Shown here: positions 29,623 to 43,717 of the stretch, in pieces
How positions within the stretch are numbered: position 1 is the first letter of the stretch
Layout: every line of letters starts with the position of its first letter
NCBI GenBank assembly: GCA_964016885.1
Contig: OZ024746.1
Location: 51,522,001-51,586,000, forward strand
Length of the DNA: 64,000 nucleotides
Reading direction: 5' to 3'
Source: Eledone cirrhosa
Lineage: Eukaryota
Notes under the pieces: model-generated
What the model was told of the DNA's origin: nothing
The model's input: only the letters and a program-made list of their open reading frames with translations
Databases searched by the model: none
Program-made: the position numbers and the translations under genes

Positions 29623-29763
29623 CATCTTACCCCAACGAAGTCGTCTTCCTCACTGATTAGCGAAAGTGTGCACTCTGGCTAGCAGAGTTCGTATTTTAAT
29701 AATGTAAAATAAGGATCAGATGTTACACATTAAAACACTCATGAGACTATTATTAAATTTAAT

Positions 29764-29956
29764 GGCGGTACACTGGCAGTATCGGTAGAGGGTCAGACGC
29801 CATGCTTTGACGCAAAGAGTTACGTCCCTTTATGGTCTGAGTTCAAATCCCGCCGAGGTTAACTTTGCCTTTCATCCTTACGGGGGTCGATAAAATAAAG
29901 TACCAGTAATGCACTGGTAATTGCTGGCCTTGTGCCAAAAGTAGAAACAATTATTA
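29764..29956 (+). mobile_element. tRNA-derived SINE, full length
   Basis: Head, B-box, body and tail are present. Confidence 0.9.
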
Positions 29957-30489
29957 AATTTAGTACTCCATTCTTTAAAGTACTGTGTAAATATTAGTTG
30001 ATATATGTGAACCCGACGGTCAAACTAAAACTGTTTCGATGCGTAGGTATCTATCATACCTCCCCTCAAATGTTAGAGCAATCGTTCAGTTCAATCTTCC
30101 CTACAACGTAGTTCCTATACCTATACCAATTGCAAAGCCCTTTTTCTCACATCTTTAAAACCACATACAATGGTTTCTACCAAACCACCACAATTCTTTC
30201 TTTAAATCAATCCTAGTAAACTCCCATCCCCTCTACCAATTCTGCCAGACCAGCACCATTTTGGATCCCAGCTTACCCTACTAGTTCTGCTATTCTGCTA
30301 TCCAAAATGGCGGACAAAAAACTTTCTTCATGACAGACATATTTTTTAGGCCTAGTTAGATATGCCTTGAATTAATGTGAAGTGACCCAAACATAGAAGG
30401 CAGTAAAGTACTGAAATTGGTGCTAGTTCTTTGCTTTGTTTGTTATTCTTCTTCTTCTTATGACTTTCATCCTGTGTTACTAATAATAG

Positions 30490-30574
<85 letters not shown>

Positions 30575-30600
30575 AATTATTCTCTCTCTCTCTCTCTCTC

Positions 30601-30676
<76 letters not shown>

Positions 30677-31098
30677 GAGAGAGAGAGAGAGATATATATA
30701 TATAAATATACATGCGCATGTACACATAATTACGTACACAGACATATATAAACATACTCATACACACACAGATATTACCTTTGTTTTGCAGAAATTTGTT
30801 CGTTTTCTGTGGAGAAGACAGATGTCTGGGATTGTTTCTTTATTTTGTCATTTTATTATTTCACTTACATTATTTGATTAATGACTTAATGGAGCACAAA
30901 CTTACGGTTGGTCTGCTAACATACACATACGTTTATACATACATACTTTCATACATAAGTATATAAATACATATATACATACATATATACATAAGTACAT
31001 ATATACATGCATAGATATATATATACATATATACATATATACATACATAAATACTTACATACATATATACATACATACCTAAATACATACATACATAC

Positions 31099-31705
31099 AT
31101 GGTGGCTGCCAACTCGTTTTCGAGTACGGCCACTACTTTATATCCATGTAGGAGAACCCCTACCGATGCGCTGAACGAGTGACTTTTTAGTCCAGCCAGC
31201 GACTTGAAAACTCTGGTACAAACACTACACTTGTGACAATTATTGACACATAGTGCTGGGCCCATGGTACCATGTGACGACAAGTGCAGAGAGATCTCCA
31301 GATATAAAGCAATGCCTGTACCGTGAAGCTTTTATAGTGAGCAAAGGCACTGCACAAAGCCAGTCCCACTCTTTTAACCAAGATGATATTTACCAAAAAG
31401 AAGAACAAGTCAACATCATTGGATACCATCAGGGTTGCAGGTGTTATATCAGAGTTTTCCTTCTCCTAGAATTCTGCCTTGACAAAGGCTAAGGGGTCAT
31501 CTTTCCCGGTGATTTTGGATGGCCATTAACTCTTAAGAGCTCCTTTGCCCTTTGATAGGTTTTGTTTTTAGTCCTGCAGGATGTCCAAAGTCACCCTTCT
31601 CACCAAGAAACCTTGATGGGTTGCCAGTTTAGTCGCCAACGACCCGACCATGGGACAGGTTGTACTGGGATACATGTTACCAGTAGCACCAACTGGTGAC
31701 CTGAC
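31099..31705 (-). mobile_element. Family K ~605-bp non-autonomous RTE-like element, copy 1
   Basis: Nearly identical to three other copies and flanked by (TACA)n. Confidence 0.85.
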
Positions 31706-31723
31706 ACACACATACATACATAT

Positions 31724-32313
31724 ATGGTGGCTGCCAACTCGTTTTCGAGTACGGCCACTACTTTATATCCATGTAGGAGAACCCCTACCGATGCGCTAAA
31801 CGAGTGTGACTTTTTAGTCCAGCCAGCGACTTGAAAACTCTGGCACAAACACTACACATGTGACAATTATTGACACATAGTGCTAGGCCCATGGTACCAT
31901 GTGACGACAAGTGCAGATAGATCTCCAGATATAAAGCAATGCCTGTGCCGTGAAGCTTTTATAGTGAGCAAAGGCACTGCACAAAGCCAGTCCCACTCTC
32001 TTAACCAAGATGATATTTACCAAAAAGAAGAACAAGTCAACATCATTGGATACCATCAGGGTTGCAGGTGTTATATCAGAGTTTTCCTTCTCCTAGAATT
32101 CTGCCTTGACAAAGGCTAAGGGGTCATCTCTCCCGGTGATTTGGGATGGCCATCGACTCTTAAGAGCTCCTTTGCCCTTTGACAGGTTTTGTTTTTAGTC
32201 CTGCAGGATGTCCAAAGTCACCCTCCTCACCAAGAAACCTTGGTGGGATTGCCAGTTTAGTCGCCAACGACCCGACCATGAGACAGGTTGTACTGGGATA
32301 CATGTTACCAGTA
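31724..32313 (-). mobile_element. Family K copy 2 (tandem with copy 1, slightly 5'-truncated)
   Basis: The minus strand encodes [23 protein letters not shown], an intact C2H2 finger. Confidence 0.85.
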
Positions 32314-32449
32314 CATACATACAGTATATACATACATAAATACATACATACTTTACATACATAAATACATACATACTTATATACATACATACCTACATAT
32401 ATACATACATTCATTCATAAATACATACATATGTAAATATTATAATGAC

Positions 32450-32509
<60 letters not shown>

Positions 32510-32868
32510 TCCTTGGGAAGAAGAATCAGGATGGAGAGAGAGGTGTTGTACCCCAGCAAGTTTTATGAAAGGTGGGTGAAAGTGGCGAGAATGGCCCGAG
32601 TGAATGGGCCTTGTCTCTATATCAGCCTGTAGGTTGAGGAAAAGGAGGAGGAGAGGAAGGGAGTACAATCTCTTCGTACTCCTGGAGATGAAAGTTGCAC
32701 ATTTTTTCGGGGGTATGTGTTACCCATATGAACTGTCTCCCCCTATTGGGGGAAAATCGACTAATTTTTAAATTGCATTTGTGATATTTTACACGTTTTT
32801 ATTGTATGTAAACTTCCCCCTTTGTATTTGTCCCCTTCTTTTGTGCCCCTATGGCTAATAAAGACACA

Positions 32869-32870
<2 letters not shown>
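32510..32870 (+). mobile_element. Tx1/L1-like LINE 3' fragment in (TCTA)n
   Basis: It reads RRIRMEREVLYPSKFYERWVKVARM, followed by a 3' UTR ending GGCTAATAAAGA-(TCTA)n. The same tail occurs at 54690-54740 and 54885-54950. Confidence 0.7.
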
Positions 32871-32933
<63 letters not shown>

Positions 32934-32959
32934 ATCTTTCTAACTCTATCTATCTATAC

Positions 32960-33130
32960 TTAGGGTTGTAGAGTATAGATATATTATAAAGAGTTGAAAC
33001 CCGACGGCTGAGCTCTTGCCGTTTCAACAACTAATTCCAGGCTCTTTATAATATAGCCATACTCTACTGCCCCAAATATCGAGTACTCTGTTGAGTAATG
33101 GTCTAACTTATTTTAAACTGGTTCTATCCT
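32960..33130. mobile_element. Family E-related fold-back element
   Basis: CCCGACGGCTGAGCTCTTGCCGTTTC with inverted TATTATAAAGAG / CTCTTTATAATA arms. Confidence 0.65.
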
Positions 33131-33849
33131 TATCCATTCATTTATTCATTTATATCATATATACAGCGAAAAAATTCAAGTTTAGCGATATTCTGTAGAA
33201 ATTGCATTCCGTAGGAAAATGTTGATAAGGATTTGAAGATGCATCGAACGATTTCTTATATATATATATATATACATGTACATTTCAGTACACGATGAAA
33301 ATATATTGATTCATACAAAATAATCGTAGCTTTTTAAAGGGTATTTGCAGAGAGAATCATGGTTCTTACACTTGTTTTTGTACTGACCGGTATCGTTAGC
33401 TTTTCAAAGTATAATTTTCACAGTTAAATTTGTGCTGGTGTTATGTATTTTTTAACATTATGTGCAGCTTGCGTCATTTCTATGACAAACTAGTTATGTC
33501 TCGCCGTCTCTTATGTTATGACAAGGGACGCAATATGAACAGATTTAGTATCGTATTTTAGATGAAGCACACAGAGTTAAACTTTCTGTTACGTTGCTGC
33601 TCAGTTGCCGAATCGCTCGATTGGGAGAATGAGGAAACGTTGAAATTTATTAAGGTTTAAACTCGCTACTCTGTATATGTTTACATCGGGTGATTTTTCT
33701 GGTGTACAGTTCCAGAATTTGCTGAAAGTGTACTGTCATGCTTTGTCGCAGTGTCATGCTTGTTTGACTAATATAGTGTTCATGGCGACCTGTACATGTT
33801 ATAATATATATAAAGTTATATGAGTGGTATGAGAAGATGTTATTTTTTT

Positions 33850-34315
33850 TCTTCTTCGCTCACTAATTCTTGAGAGTATCGTGGGAGCAGAGCCCTCAAA
33901 CACTTCCTCCAACGAGTACTGCCAGAAGCAACCAACTCCAACTGAGCCGGCTCGATCTCCAAGCGAGACCAGCCAAGCTCGTGGATGTTATCCAACCATC
34001 TTGTTCAGGGTCTGTCCCTGGATCTCCTGCCAGTTGGTTTTTCCCGTAAAATCTGTCCAGCGATTCTTTCCTGAGACATTCTAACCACACGCCCATAGTA
34101 TTGAAACTGTGGTCTCTCATTTCGGAGAAGTAGCGGCTCTACCTGCAGCCGCTCTCTGATTTCCAATCTACGCAGTCTATCGAGCAACGTTACTCCAAAG
34201 ACCCTTTGGTAGAACCCCATTTCGACCGCTGTATTCCCCATCGTAATGCATTCGGTCATTATCCAAGTTTCATGACCACAGGTAAAGGTTGGCACGAATA
34301 GGTTCTTCTTCAAAG
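33850..34315 (-). mobile_element. RTE-clade (Rex3/Expander-like) LINE 3' fragment
   Basis: FVPTFTCGHETWIMT..EMGFYQRVFGVTLLDRLRRLEIRERLQVEPLLL..YYGRVVRM..RSRDRP matches the RTE post-RT C-terminal region. Confidence 0.85.
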
Positions 34316-34660
34316 TGAAATTTGGGACCTTCTAATATATAGGTGCATACTCGGTAGTTTCATCAGTAGCATTTAATAACTTCAGGATCGGTAGTCCCGG
34401 CATATAGTTTTACATTCAACACTATCTTTTTAGGGGTTTTGCTTGTCTTTTACTTTTTATGATCAGATATTTCGCCAAGAGGTTTCTCATCTTTTGGTAC
34501 CTTGGTAAAATCGGTTAATTTAGTTGGATGTGTGCATAGATTTCGGCGTTCATGGGGTTTAAAGTCGAAATATAAGGCATAACACTATTTTTATCTTTTG
34601 GTTTCTCGGAGTTTCTGTGTGTAAATTTGTCTTTTTGTATATTATTATTGACTAAATTTA

Positions 34661-34884
34661 GGGCGGTGGATTGGCAGTATCGGTAGAGGGTCGGACGCCA
34701 TGCTTTGCAGCATAGAGTTACGGCCCTTTATGGTCTGAGTTCAAATCCCGCCCAGGTTAACTTTGCCTTTCATCCTTGCAGGGTCGATAAAATAAAGTAC
34801 CAGTCATGCACTGCTGTCGTTTTAATCGACTTTCCCCTCCCCAAAAACTGCTAGGCTTGTGCCTATATGAGAAACCATTATTGA
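34661..34884 (+). mobile_element. tRNA-derived SINE, long form
   Basis: It retains the segment GTCG..AATCGACTTTCCCC that is missing from most copies. Confidence 0.9.
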
Positions 34885-35164
34885 TTAAATTCAGAGAATA
34901 TTTCAGCTCTTCTACTCAGTGGTCTCTTGTAGGGTTTGAAGGTATTATGCAGATTCGCTTAGCTAAATTGAATCGAAAGTTGGCCTGGGTTTGTTTTGAA
35001 TTGGATTATGTAAAAAGGAGGGCGTAAAAAGGGTTTCTAGTTTTGTGTTTCTTTTTGTCATTAGTATATCTAAGCAGATGAATTTATCGTTACTAAATTC
35101 GTGGTTTACTGTAAATTTGAATATATACAGAATCCCCCCCCCCCACACCCAAATATTACGTGCA

Positions 35165-35223
35165 TCTTCAAGCTTTTCTGGTGATTTCTTTTGAATGAAA
35201 CAGTTCTAGTCCTGTAGAAGCCA

Positions 35224-35228
<5 letters not shown>
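35165..35228 (+). mobile_element. Family B fragment with mutated HHR
   Basis: GCUUUU CUGGUGA..GAAA cag..cug UA GAAGC. Confidence 0.6.
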
Positions 35229-35309
<81 letters not shown>

Positions 35310-35511
35310 CTCTCCCCCCCTCTCTCTCTCTATATATATATATTTCAGGTAGACGCACTACATCATCCACTTCTCTAAAAAAATATATCATACACAAAAC
35401 GCCAGCATCAACAGTTTTCCAAGAGAATGAATGTACATTTATTTTTATCTAAAGACATTTTTTCCAATTCCACCCGCCCGTCCCTTCAATTCTTTCTATT
35501 TTCTCATTCTT

Positions 35512-35547
35512 TCTTCTGATGGAGGACAAGTGTCCGAAACGTTAAGA
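35512..35547 (+). ncRNA. Minimal hammerhead-like motif (probably A9>G)
   Basis: UCUU CUGAUGG a-ggac-aagu-gucc GAAA cg UU AAGA. Confidence 0.6.
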
Positions 35548-36417
35548 CCCTCTTCCTGCTATTTCAAGCGTTAACCTAATATATTCCTCCCATATACTGT
35601 ACCGATTGTGTTGTTATTTCTGTTTACCTTTTACATATATATATTTATATATCACGTGTTCTTTCTATATATAGGCTTATGTCGTTGACCCACAATTTTG
35701 GGATCATTTGTTGAGCACTTTCAGTAAATAGTGGCTAGCAAACTCTATATATTACATGTGTGTGATGTCGATCTATCCATCATTTATTAAATCTGTCCAT
35801 TTGTCCACCTGTAACAACCAGAACTCTCCATATCCATGTACTCTGATCCTCATCCCCAACCCTTAATCTAATGCCATTTGAAGACATTCTTATACCCTGG
35901 GGTTTTCTCCTTTGTCCCCTGTCTCCACGCTCAGAACCACCTTCACCACGTCAGTCAGTACAGTTCTGACACCTTTTTTCTAACCGAAACACTTCACCAC
36001 CCTCACACTCGTAAAAGCCCTTGAAATGATCCTCGCACCTGTTTTGGTATATTTTGGTAGCTAATGGTAGTTGGCTGATGGTGGTAGTTTGGGGAAGTGA
36101 TAGTGGTGGTGGTGTTGGTGGTGTTGGGGATGAAAGACGTGGTTTTGTTTACAGTGTGTGCACATACACACACTCTCTCTCTCACACACACAGACACACA
36201 CACACATACGCACATATATATATATATATTTCTTTTCTTCTTGAGTCATCCCTCCATCGAATGTGAAACATCTTGATTTTACGTTTTCTAATGGCTAGAG
36301 TATATGCAGCTCACCACACCTGCATAATATATATATATATATATGCGTGTGTGCGTGTCTGTATCATATATAAATACACACACACACACACCCATATATA
36401 TATATATACACGTAAAT

Positions 36418-36457
<40 letters not shown>

Positions 36458-37384
36458 ATAATAATATTTTAATAAATATATATATATAATAAGGATTTGA
36501 CGGACCCAGCATATTTATCAATGCCAGGATCGGTTGTATCTTAGCGTATACAATAGATAATGTAGGATACATGCCCAGAGTATACACATAGTTATTCGCT
36601 TCAATACAACACACGTAAAACGGGTGCCTATAATAGTTCCCGGACTCGAGTTTCGGTCATACTTAATGCAGCGGTAGGTGCACTGCAGCATCTGTCTGCA
36701 TATATTATGCAACAATGCATAATCGGTGCATATGGCTTCATCAGCGGGTAACGCCTAATCAATAACCAATCGATCGACAGAAATCAAACCCCAGCCCATG
36801 CCGGCTATACTGTTTGTGACGGCCGACACAGTAAAGTGATTAGCAACTGGAATCTGATACCACTCTGTCCCCCGACCAGCTACCGATTTACAAACTTGAC
36901 GTGATGGCGGGATATTAGAAAACAATTATTTTCGCTCCCGTCAAATATGTATATATATATATATATAAATTTTGAGTATATGTTGGTTATTTACCGACAC
37001 CTCAGTATGCCTTCTTAGCTATTGAGCCCTAGAATAAGCACCCTCTCATAGGCCCTGACAGTGACTTTAACGTAGATAAACGATATAGTCTTTCTTTGAG
37101 CAACAAATACTGTATTAGCTCTCACTTTAGAGAAGTGGTGGTAGTGATAGTGGTTGTGGTGGTGGGGTGTTGTAATCTAGGATCGGGAAATAACAACAAT
37201 CTTATGTACGAAAGGGATAGCGTTACATGTAAAACACCTAAATATGACAATAGTTGCAGTCTCTGTGGAATTAACATCTGAGATATAATCCACATGGAGA
37301 ACAACTATCTAACAATGACATCACTTTGTGACCATAATAGCATACAACGTCATTCGTAGTAAGGATAATCTTAATGATCAAAAT

Positions 37385-37487
37385 ATGATTTCTAGTATAG
37401 GCACAAGGCCAGTAATTTGGGGGGAGGAGAAAGTCGATTAAATCGACTCCAGTGCATTACTGGTGCTTTATTTTATCGACCCCGTAA
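37385..37487 (-). mobile_element. SINE 3' fragment
   Basis: Reverse complement of the SINE tail. Confidence 0.8.
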
Positions 37488-37909
37488 TCCAATTCTCTAA
37501 CTATTCAGCCACGCGCCTTCACTATATTTATATATATGTATCATTTGATATTTAATATACTATTATATCATGTCTACTGCACTCCCTTATGCCCTAGCGC
37601 CCCCTTGGACCTTCTCAGCGCCACAAGGGCGCGGTAGCGACCATTTTGAGAACCTCTGGTGTAAACGAAAACATCTATGCCGAACTAATGTAAAATCTGC
37701 AGTTGCAACACCTATGTTATAACCTCAAAGTTCACATCTATAATTTTTAAGGACACTTTGTTATGTAACCAACTATCTCAACGCCAGTCTTGAGAAGCTG
37801 GGCTTCATGATACCACCAGAAAGGTCATGGTTAATTATAAAATTAGAATTACAAGCCATTAATGGAACTGTGGAAATATGTAAAACATTCCACAACATTA
37901 TCATGTTGT

Positions 37910-38323
37910 TGGCAGTATCGGTAAAGGGTCGGACGCCATGCTTTGACGCAAAGAGTTACGTTCCTTTATGGTCTGAGTTCAAATCCTGCCGAGGTTAACT
38001 TTGCCTTTCATCCTTACGGGGTCGATGAAATAAAGTACCAGTAATGCACTGGGATAATTGCTGGCCTTGTGCCAAAAGTAGAAATAATTATCATGTTGTA
38101 GGGAGCGGATTAGCAGTATCGGTAAAGTGTTGGACACCATGCTTCGTGGTATAGAGTTACGGCCCTTCAGGTTCTGAGTTCAAATCCCGCCGAGGTTAAC
38201 TTTGCCTGTCATCCTTGCGGGGTCGATAAAATAAAGTACCAGTAACGCACTGAGGTCGATCAAATTGACTTTCCCCCTTTTTCTTCAAATTGTTGGCCTT
38301 GTGCCAAATGTAGAAACAATTAT
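37910..38323 (+). mobile_element. Two tandem tRNA-derived SINE copies
   Basis: A short form at 37910-38092 and a long form at 38101-38323. Confidence 0.9.
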
Positions 38324-38800
38324 CATGTAGTAGGTATATATATATATATATATACGTGTAGACGTATAAGTATATGTATATATGTATATGTTCACATATA
38401 TATAGATCAAAACACAGATTTACGCATGCAGTAACACATATATACATGTTTACATAAATAAATATATAAATGGATAAATAACTAAATATATAAAGTTGAT
38501 GTAATCTAAATTCCAATGAACGAGGAGCCTTCTTTCTGTTCTAGAAACCGGCTCTTTCTTGGTGTGAAATTTTAAAAATAAAACCAGAATTTACAAACAT
38601 CGACACGCATTTATATATATACATACACACCACTTACACACATACACATGCACATCTCTCTCTCTCTCTTTCTCTCACACACACACACTCTCTCTCTCTC
38701 ACACTTCCTCTCTCTCTCTTTCTGACACACACACACTTTCTCTTTCTCTTTCTCACACTATCTCTCTTTATATATATATGTATATATAGGTATATATATA

Positions 38801-38886
<86 letters not shown>

Positions 38887-38940
38887 CATATGTATATATA
38901 TATATATATGTATGTATAAATATATGTATGTATATATGTA

Positions 38941-38972
<32 letters not shown>

Positions 38973-38980
38973 CATATGTA

Positions 38981-39012
<32 letters not shown>

Positions 39013-39066
39013 CATATGTATGTATATATATATATATATGTATGTATAAATATATGTATACATATG

Positions 39067-39112
<46 letters not shown>

Positions 39113-39195
39113 CATATGTATATATATACATATGTATATATATATATATATGTATGTATGTATATATGTATGTATATATGTATATATATATGTAT

Positions 39196-39803
39196 GTCAG
39201 GTCACCAGTTGGTGCTACTGGTAACATGTATCCCAGTACAACCTGACCCATGGTCGGGTCGTTGGCGACTAAACTGGCAACCCCACCAAGGTTTCTTGGT
39301 GAGGAGGGTGACTTTGGACATCCTGCAGGACTAAAAACAAAACCTGTCAAAGGGCAAAGGAGCTCTTAAGAGTCAATAGCCATCCAAAATCACCGGGAGA
39401 GATGACCCCTTAGCCTTTGTCAAGGCAGAATTCTAGGAGATGGAAAACTCTGATATAACACCTGCAACCCTGATGGTATCCAATGATGTTGACTTGTTCT
39501 TCTTTTTGGTAAATATCATCTTGGTTAAGAGAGTGGGACTGGCTTTGTGCAGTGCCTTTGCTCACTATAAAAGCTTCACGGCACAGGCATTGCTTTATAT
39601 CTGGAGATCTCTCTGCACTTGTCGTCACAGGGTACCATGGGCCCATCACTATGTGTCAATATTTGTCACAAGTGTAGTGTTTGTACCAGAGTTTTCAAGT
39701 CGCTGGCTGGACTAAAAAGTCACTCGTTCAGCGCATCGGTAGGGGTTCTCCTATATGGATATAAAGTAGTGGCCGTACTCGAAAACGAGTTGGCAGCCAC
39801 CAT
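39196..39803 (+). mobile_element. Family K copy 3
   Basis: Runs from GTCAGGTCACC to GGCAGCCACCAT within (TATG)/(TA)n. Confidence 0.85.
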
Positions 39804-40170
39804 ATATGTATAAATATATGTATGTATATATGTATGTATATATATATATATACATATGTATGTATATATATATGTATGTATAAATATATGTATACATATG
39901 TATGTATATATATATATATACATAGGTATGTATATATATATATATATATATATATACATACATGTATATATGTGTGTGTATATATATATATATGTATATT
40001 TGTGCGTATACATGTGCAGACAAACAAGGACACATACATATAATCTATAGGTGCTTGTGTATAACTATACATGTATGTAATGTATGTATATTTGTGAACA
40101 TGTATATGTATATGTATGTATATATGCATATATCTGTATATATATATATATGTGTGTGTGTATATATATA

Positions 40171-40250
<80 letters not shown>

Positions 40251-40406
40251 GTGTGTGTGTGTATATATATATATATATGTATTCTATTACATGACATTCT
40301 ATTCAGTGTCTCCCTTACCCTTACCACACTTCCCCAGGTACAACAGGTGTAATATCTTACTGAGTTGATCACTTGTACCTGTTGATAGATCTGTTTACAA
40401 ACAGCA

Positions 40407-42012
40407 TGGTGGAGTAGTGAGGGTTGTGGTGGTGGTGGTGATGGTGGTGGTGTGGTGAGGTTTGTGGTGGTGGTGTGGTGAGGTTTGTGGTGGTCAGGGT
40501 GGTGGTGTGGCGTAGTGGTGATGGTGGTGATGAGGGTTGTGGTGGTGTAGTGGTGGTGAGGGTTGTGGTGTAGTGGTAGTGGTGGTGGGGGTTGTAAGGG
40601 TGGTGGTGAGGGTTGTGGTGTAGTGGTGGTGGTGGTGAGGGTGGTGGTGGTGATGATGAGGGTGGTGGTGTAGTGGTGGTGGTGGAGTAATGGTGGTGGT
40701 GGTGTAGTGGTGGAGGTTATAGTTTAGGTGTTACTGTGGTGTGTAGTGGTAGTGGTGGTGGTAGGGTGGTGTAGTAGTAGTGGTCGTGAAGGTATAGTGA
40801 TGGTGTAGTGGTGAGGGTGGTGTAGTTGTAGTGATGTAGCAGTGGTGTTGTATATAGATGGTGCAGTGCTGGTGGCGGTGTCGTAGTGATGGTGTATTGG
40901 TGGTGGTGGTAGTGGTTATGGTGCAGTTCTGGTGATATATTGATGGTGGTGTTGGTGGTGTAGTGGTAGTGTAGTAGCGGTGGTGATGGTAGTGGTGGTG
41001 GTGGTGGTGGTGATGTAGTAGTAGCGGCAGTAGTGGTGATCTAGTGGAGGAGGCGGTGGTGGTGGTGATTGTCTAGTGGTGGTGGTGTAGTAGTAGTGGT
41101 GGTGGTGATGGTCTGGTGGTGGTGTATTGGTGGTGATGGGCTAGTGGTGGTGATGTAGTGGCGGTGGTGAAGTGATGGTCTAGTGGTGGTGGTGTAGTGA
41201 TGGTCTAGTGGTGGTGGTGATGTAGTGGTGGTGGTGTAGTGATGGTCTAGTGGTGGTGATGGTAGTGGTGATGTAGTGGCGGTGGTGTAGTGATAGTCTA
41301 GTGGTGGTGATGGTCTAGTGGTGGTGATGGTAGTGGTGGTGTAGTGATGGTCTAGTGGTGGTGGTGGTGTATTGGTGGTGATGGTCTAGTGATGGTGATG
41401 GTAGTGATGGTCTAGTGGTGGTGATGTAGTGGTGGTGGTGTAGTGATGGTCTAGTGGTGGTGGTGGTGTATTAGTGGTGATTGTCTAGTGGTGGTGATGG
41501 TAGTGGTGATGTAGTGGTGGTGTAGTGGTGGTGTAGTAGTGATGGTCGAGTTGTTGTGATGGTAGTGGTCATGTAGTGGTAGTCTAGTGGTGGTGGTGGT
41601 GTATTGGTGGTGATGGGCTAGTGGTGGTGATGGTAGTGGTGATGTAGTGGTGGTGGTGTAGTGATGGTCTAGTGGTGGTGGTGGTGTATTGGTGGTGATG
41701 GTCTAGTGGTGCTGATGGTAGTGGTGATGTAGTGGCGGTGGTGTAGTGATGGTCTAGTGGTGGTGGTGGTGTATTGGTGGTGATGGTCTAGTGGTAGTGA
41801 TGGTAGTGGTGATGTAGTGGTGGTGGTGTAGTGATGGTCTAGTGGTGGTGGTGGTGTATTGGTGGTGATGGTCTAGTGGTGGTGATGTTAGTGGTGATGT
41901 AGTGGTGGTGTAGTAGTGATGGTCTACTGGTGGTGATGGTAGTGGTGATGTAGTGGTGGTGTAGTAGTAGTGGAGCTAGTGGTGGTGGTGTAGCCGTGGT
42001 GGTGGTGTAGTG
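40407..42012. repeat. (GGT)-rich degenerate tandem region with an 85-bp unit in its distal part
   Basis: GTAGTGATGGTCTAG recurs at 41658, 41743 and 41828. Confidence 0.85.
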
Positions 42013-42253
42013 TTGATGATAAGCTAGCACCTGTTGATTGCAATTTTCATTTGTCAAGATTCATATCATGTCTGTATGTCGGTCTGCCGTAATTTAGCTG
42101 CCGACCCACCTACCTATCTAGACATTCAACACACCTTACCCACCTACCTATCAACTTATTTATCTTATGTACATACTCATAAATATTCTTGTATAATGTC
42201 CATATATAAATATATATATGCATATGTATATATATGTATATATATATGTAATA

Positions 42254-42301
<48 letters not shown>

Positions 42302-42322
42302 TCATCATCATTTTACGTCTGC

Positions 42323-42439
<117 letters not shown>

Positions 42440-42444
42440 TATAT

Positions 42445-42475
<31 letters not shown>

Positions 42476-42486
42476 TACATATATAT

Positions 42487-42555
<69 letters not shown>

Positions 42556-42562
42556 TATATAC

Positions 42563-42639
<77 letters not shown>

Positions 42640-42681
42640 CACACATATATATATACATATATACATGTATATATATATATA

Positions 42682-42762
42682 TAACGAAGGAAATGTGGTA
42701 AGGAACCAGGTGGACCATAACGCACCAGAGTACTCAATACTTAGGGTAGTAGAGTGGGAAAT
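42682..42762 (-). mobile_element. Family E 3' fragment
   Basis: Reverse complement of 12350-12432. Confidence 0.8.
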
Positions 42763-42979
42763 ATATATATATATATATATGCGTTTATATTGAGGGTCAT
42801 GGTAATGAGTACTCAATACCAGAGTAGAGATTAGAATTTTCTTTATTCAGGCTCATTTTTTCAGTTTATATATTGTCATTGCTATTTCTACCTAGTCAGA
42901 AGATACTTGAATACACACACACACACACAAATATGTGCAACTACATCTATATATATATGAGTGTGTGTATGTATATATG

Positions 42980-43076
<97 letters not shown>

Positions 43077-43135
43077 TGCCAATACTGGAATTGAATAATC
43101 AAGACCGTAGCGGTATGTCATATATCAAATCATAC

Positions 43136-43199
43136 ATTTTGTCTGATGAAGACGTACTAAAAAAACAACACAGTACCTTTGAAATATACATAATAAAGT
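43136..43199 (+). ncRNA. Minimal type-I hammerhead (family C/D element, 43075-43345)
   Basis: AUUUUGU CUGAUGA agac-guacu..aguac-cuuu GAAA u-auac-a UA AUAAAGU. Stem I is 7 bp with two G-U pairs. Confidence 0.75.
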
Positions 43200-43507
43200 A
43201 TATATTTTGATTATGAGAATATTTTTCATTTGTTAACATTTTGAATAATTTAAAAAACCCCAGGCCAAGTTTCTATTGAGTGCTTCTAATCTATTGTAAA
43301 ATTGTATTCGTTGAGTAATCAACGAACCATACTAATCTTTGGTTTTATATATATATATATATGAAAAAAGTTTGTCCTTCATCAGTGATCTTCCAACTAT
43401 CATAGGCATTTCATCGCTTTAAAGACCATATACCTCCGGTTGATATATATATATATATATATATATATAAGTATACACATATGTGTATAACTATATATAT
43501 ATATATA

Positions 43508-43630
43508 TTGGTAAACGGAATAGAAAATGCTGACAAATTGTTCACAGTGAAAAATAGTTTCATTAGGAATAAGTGAGAATTAGTAATAGTATTGGTTAGT
43601 ATTCAGTTTTGGTTTTAAGTTTTACCGGTT
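43508..43630 (+). mobile_element. Family A fragment
   Basis: It matches 56892-57025 and 4005-4132. Confidence 0.8.
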
Positions 43631-43717
43631 ATGTATATATATATATATATGTGTGTGTGTATATATGTATATATATGTGTATATATGTATATATATGTAT
43701 ATATATGTATATGTTGT

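Noticed and set aside
29648-29680. CTGATTAGCGAAAGTGTGCACTC hammerhead-like motif
   Set aside because: The core is mutated and stem II is absent, so it cannot be supported.
36480-36945. Possible GIY-YIG remnant (IPVANHF on the minus strand)
   Set aside because: Only one short motif with no sustained reading frame.
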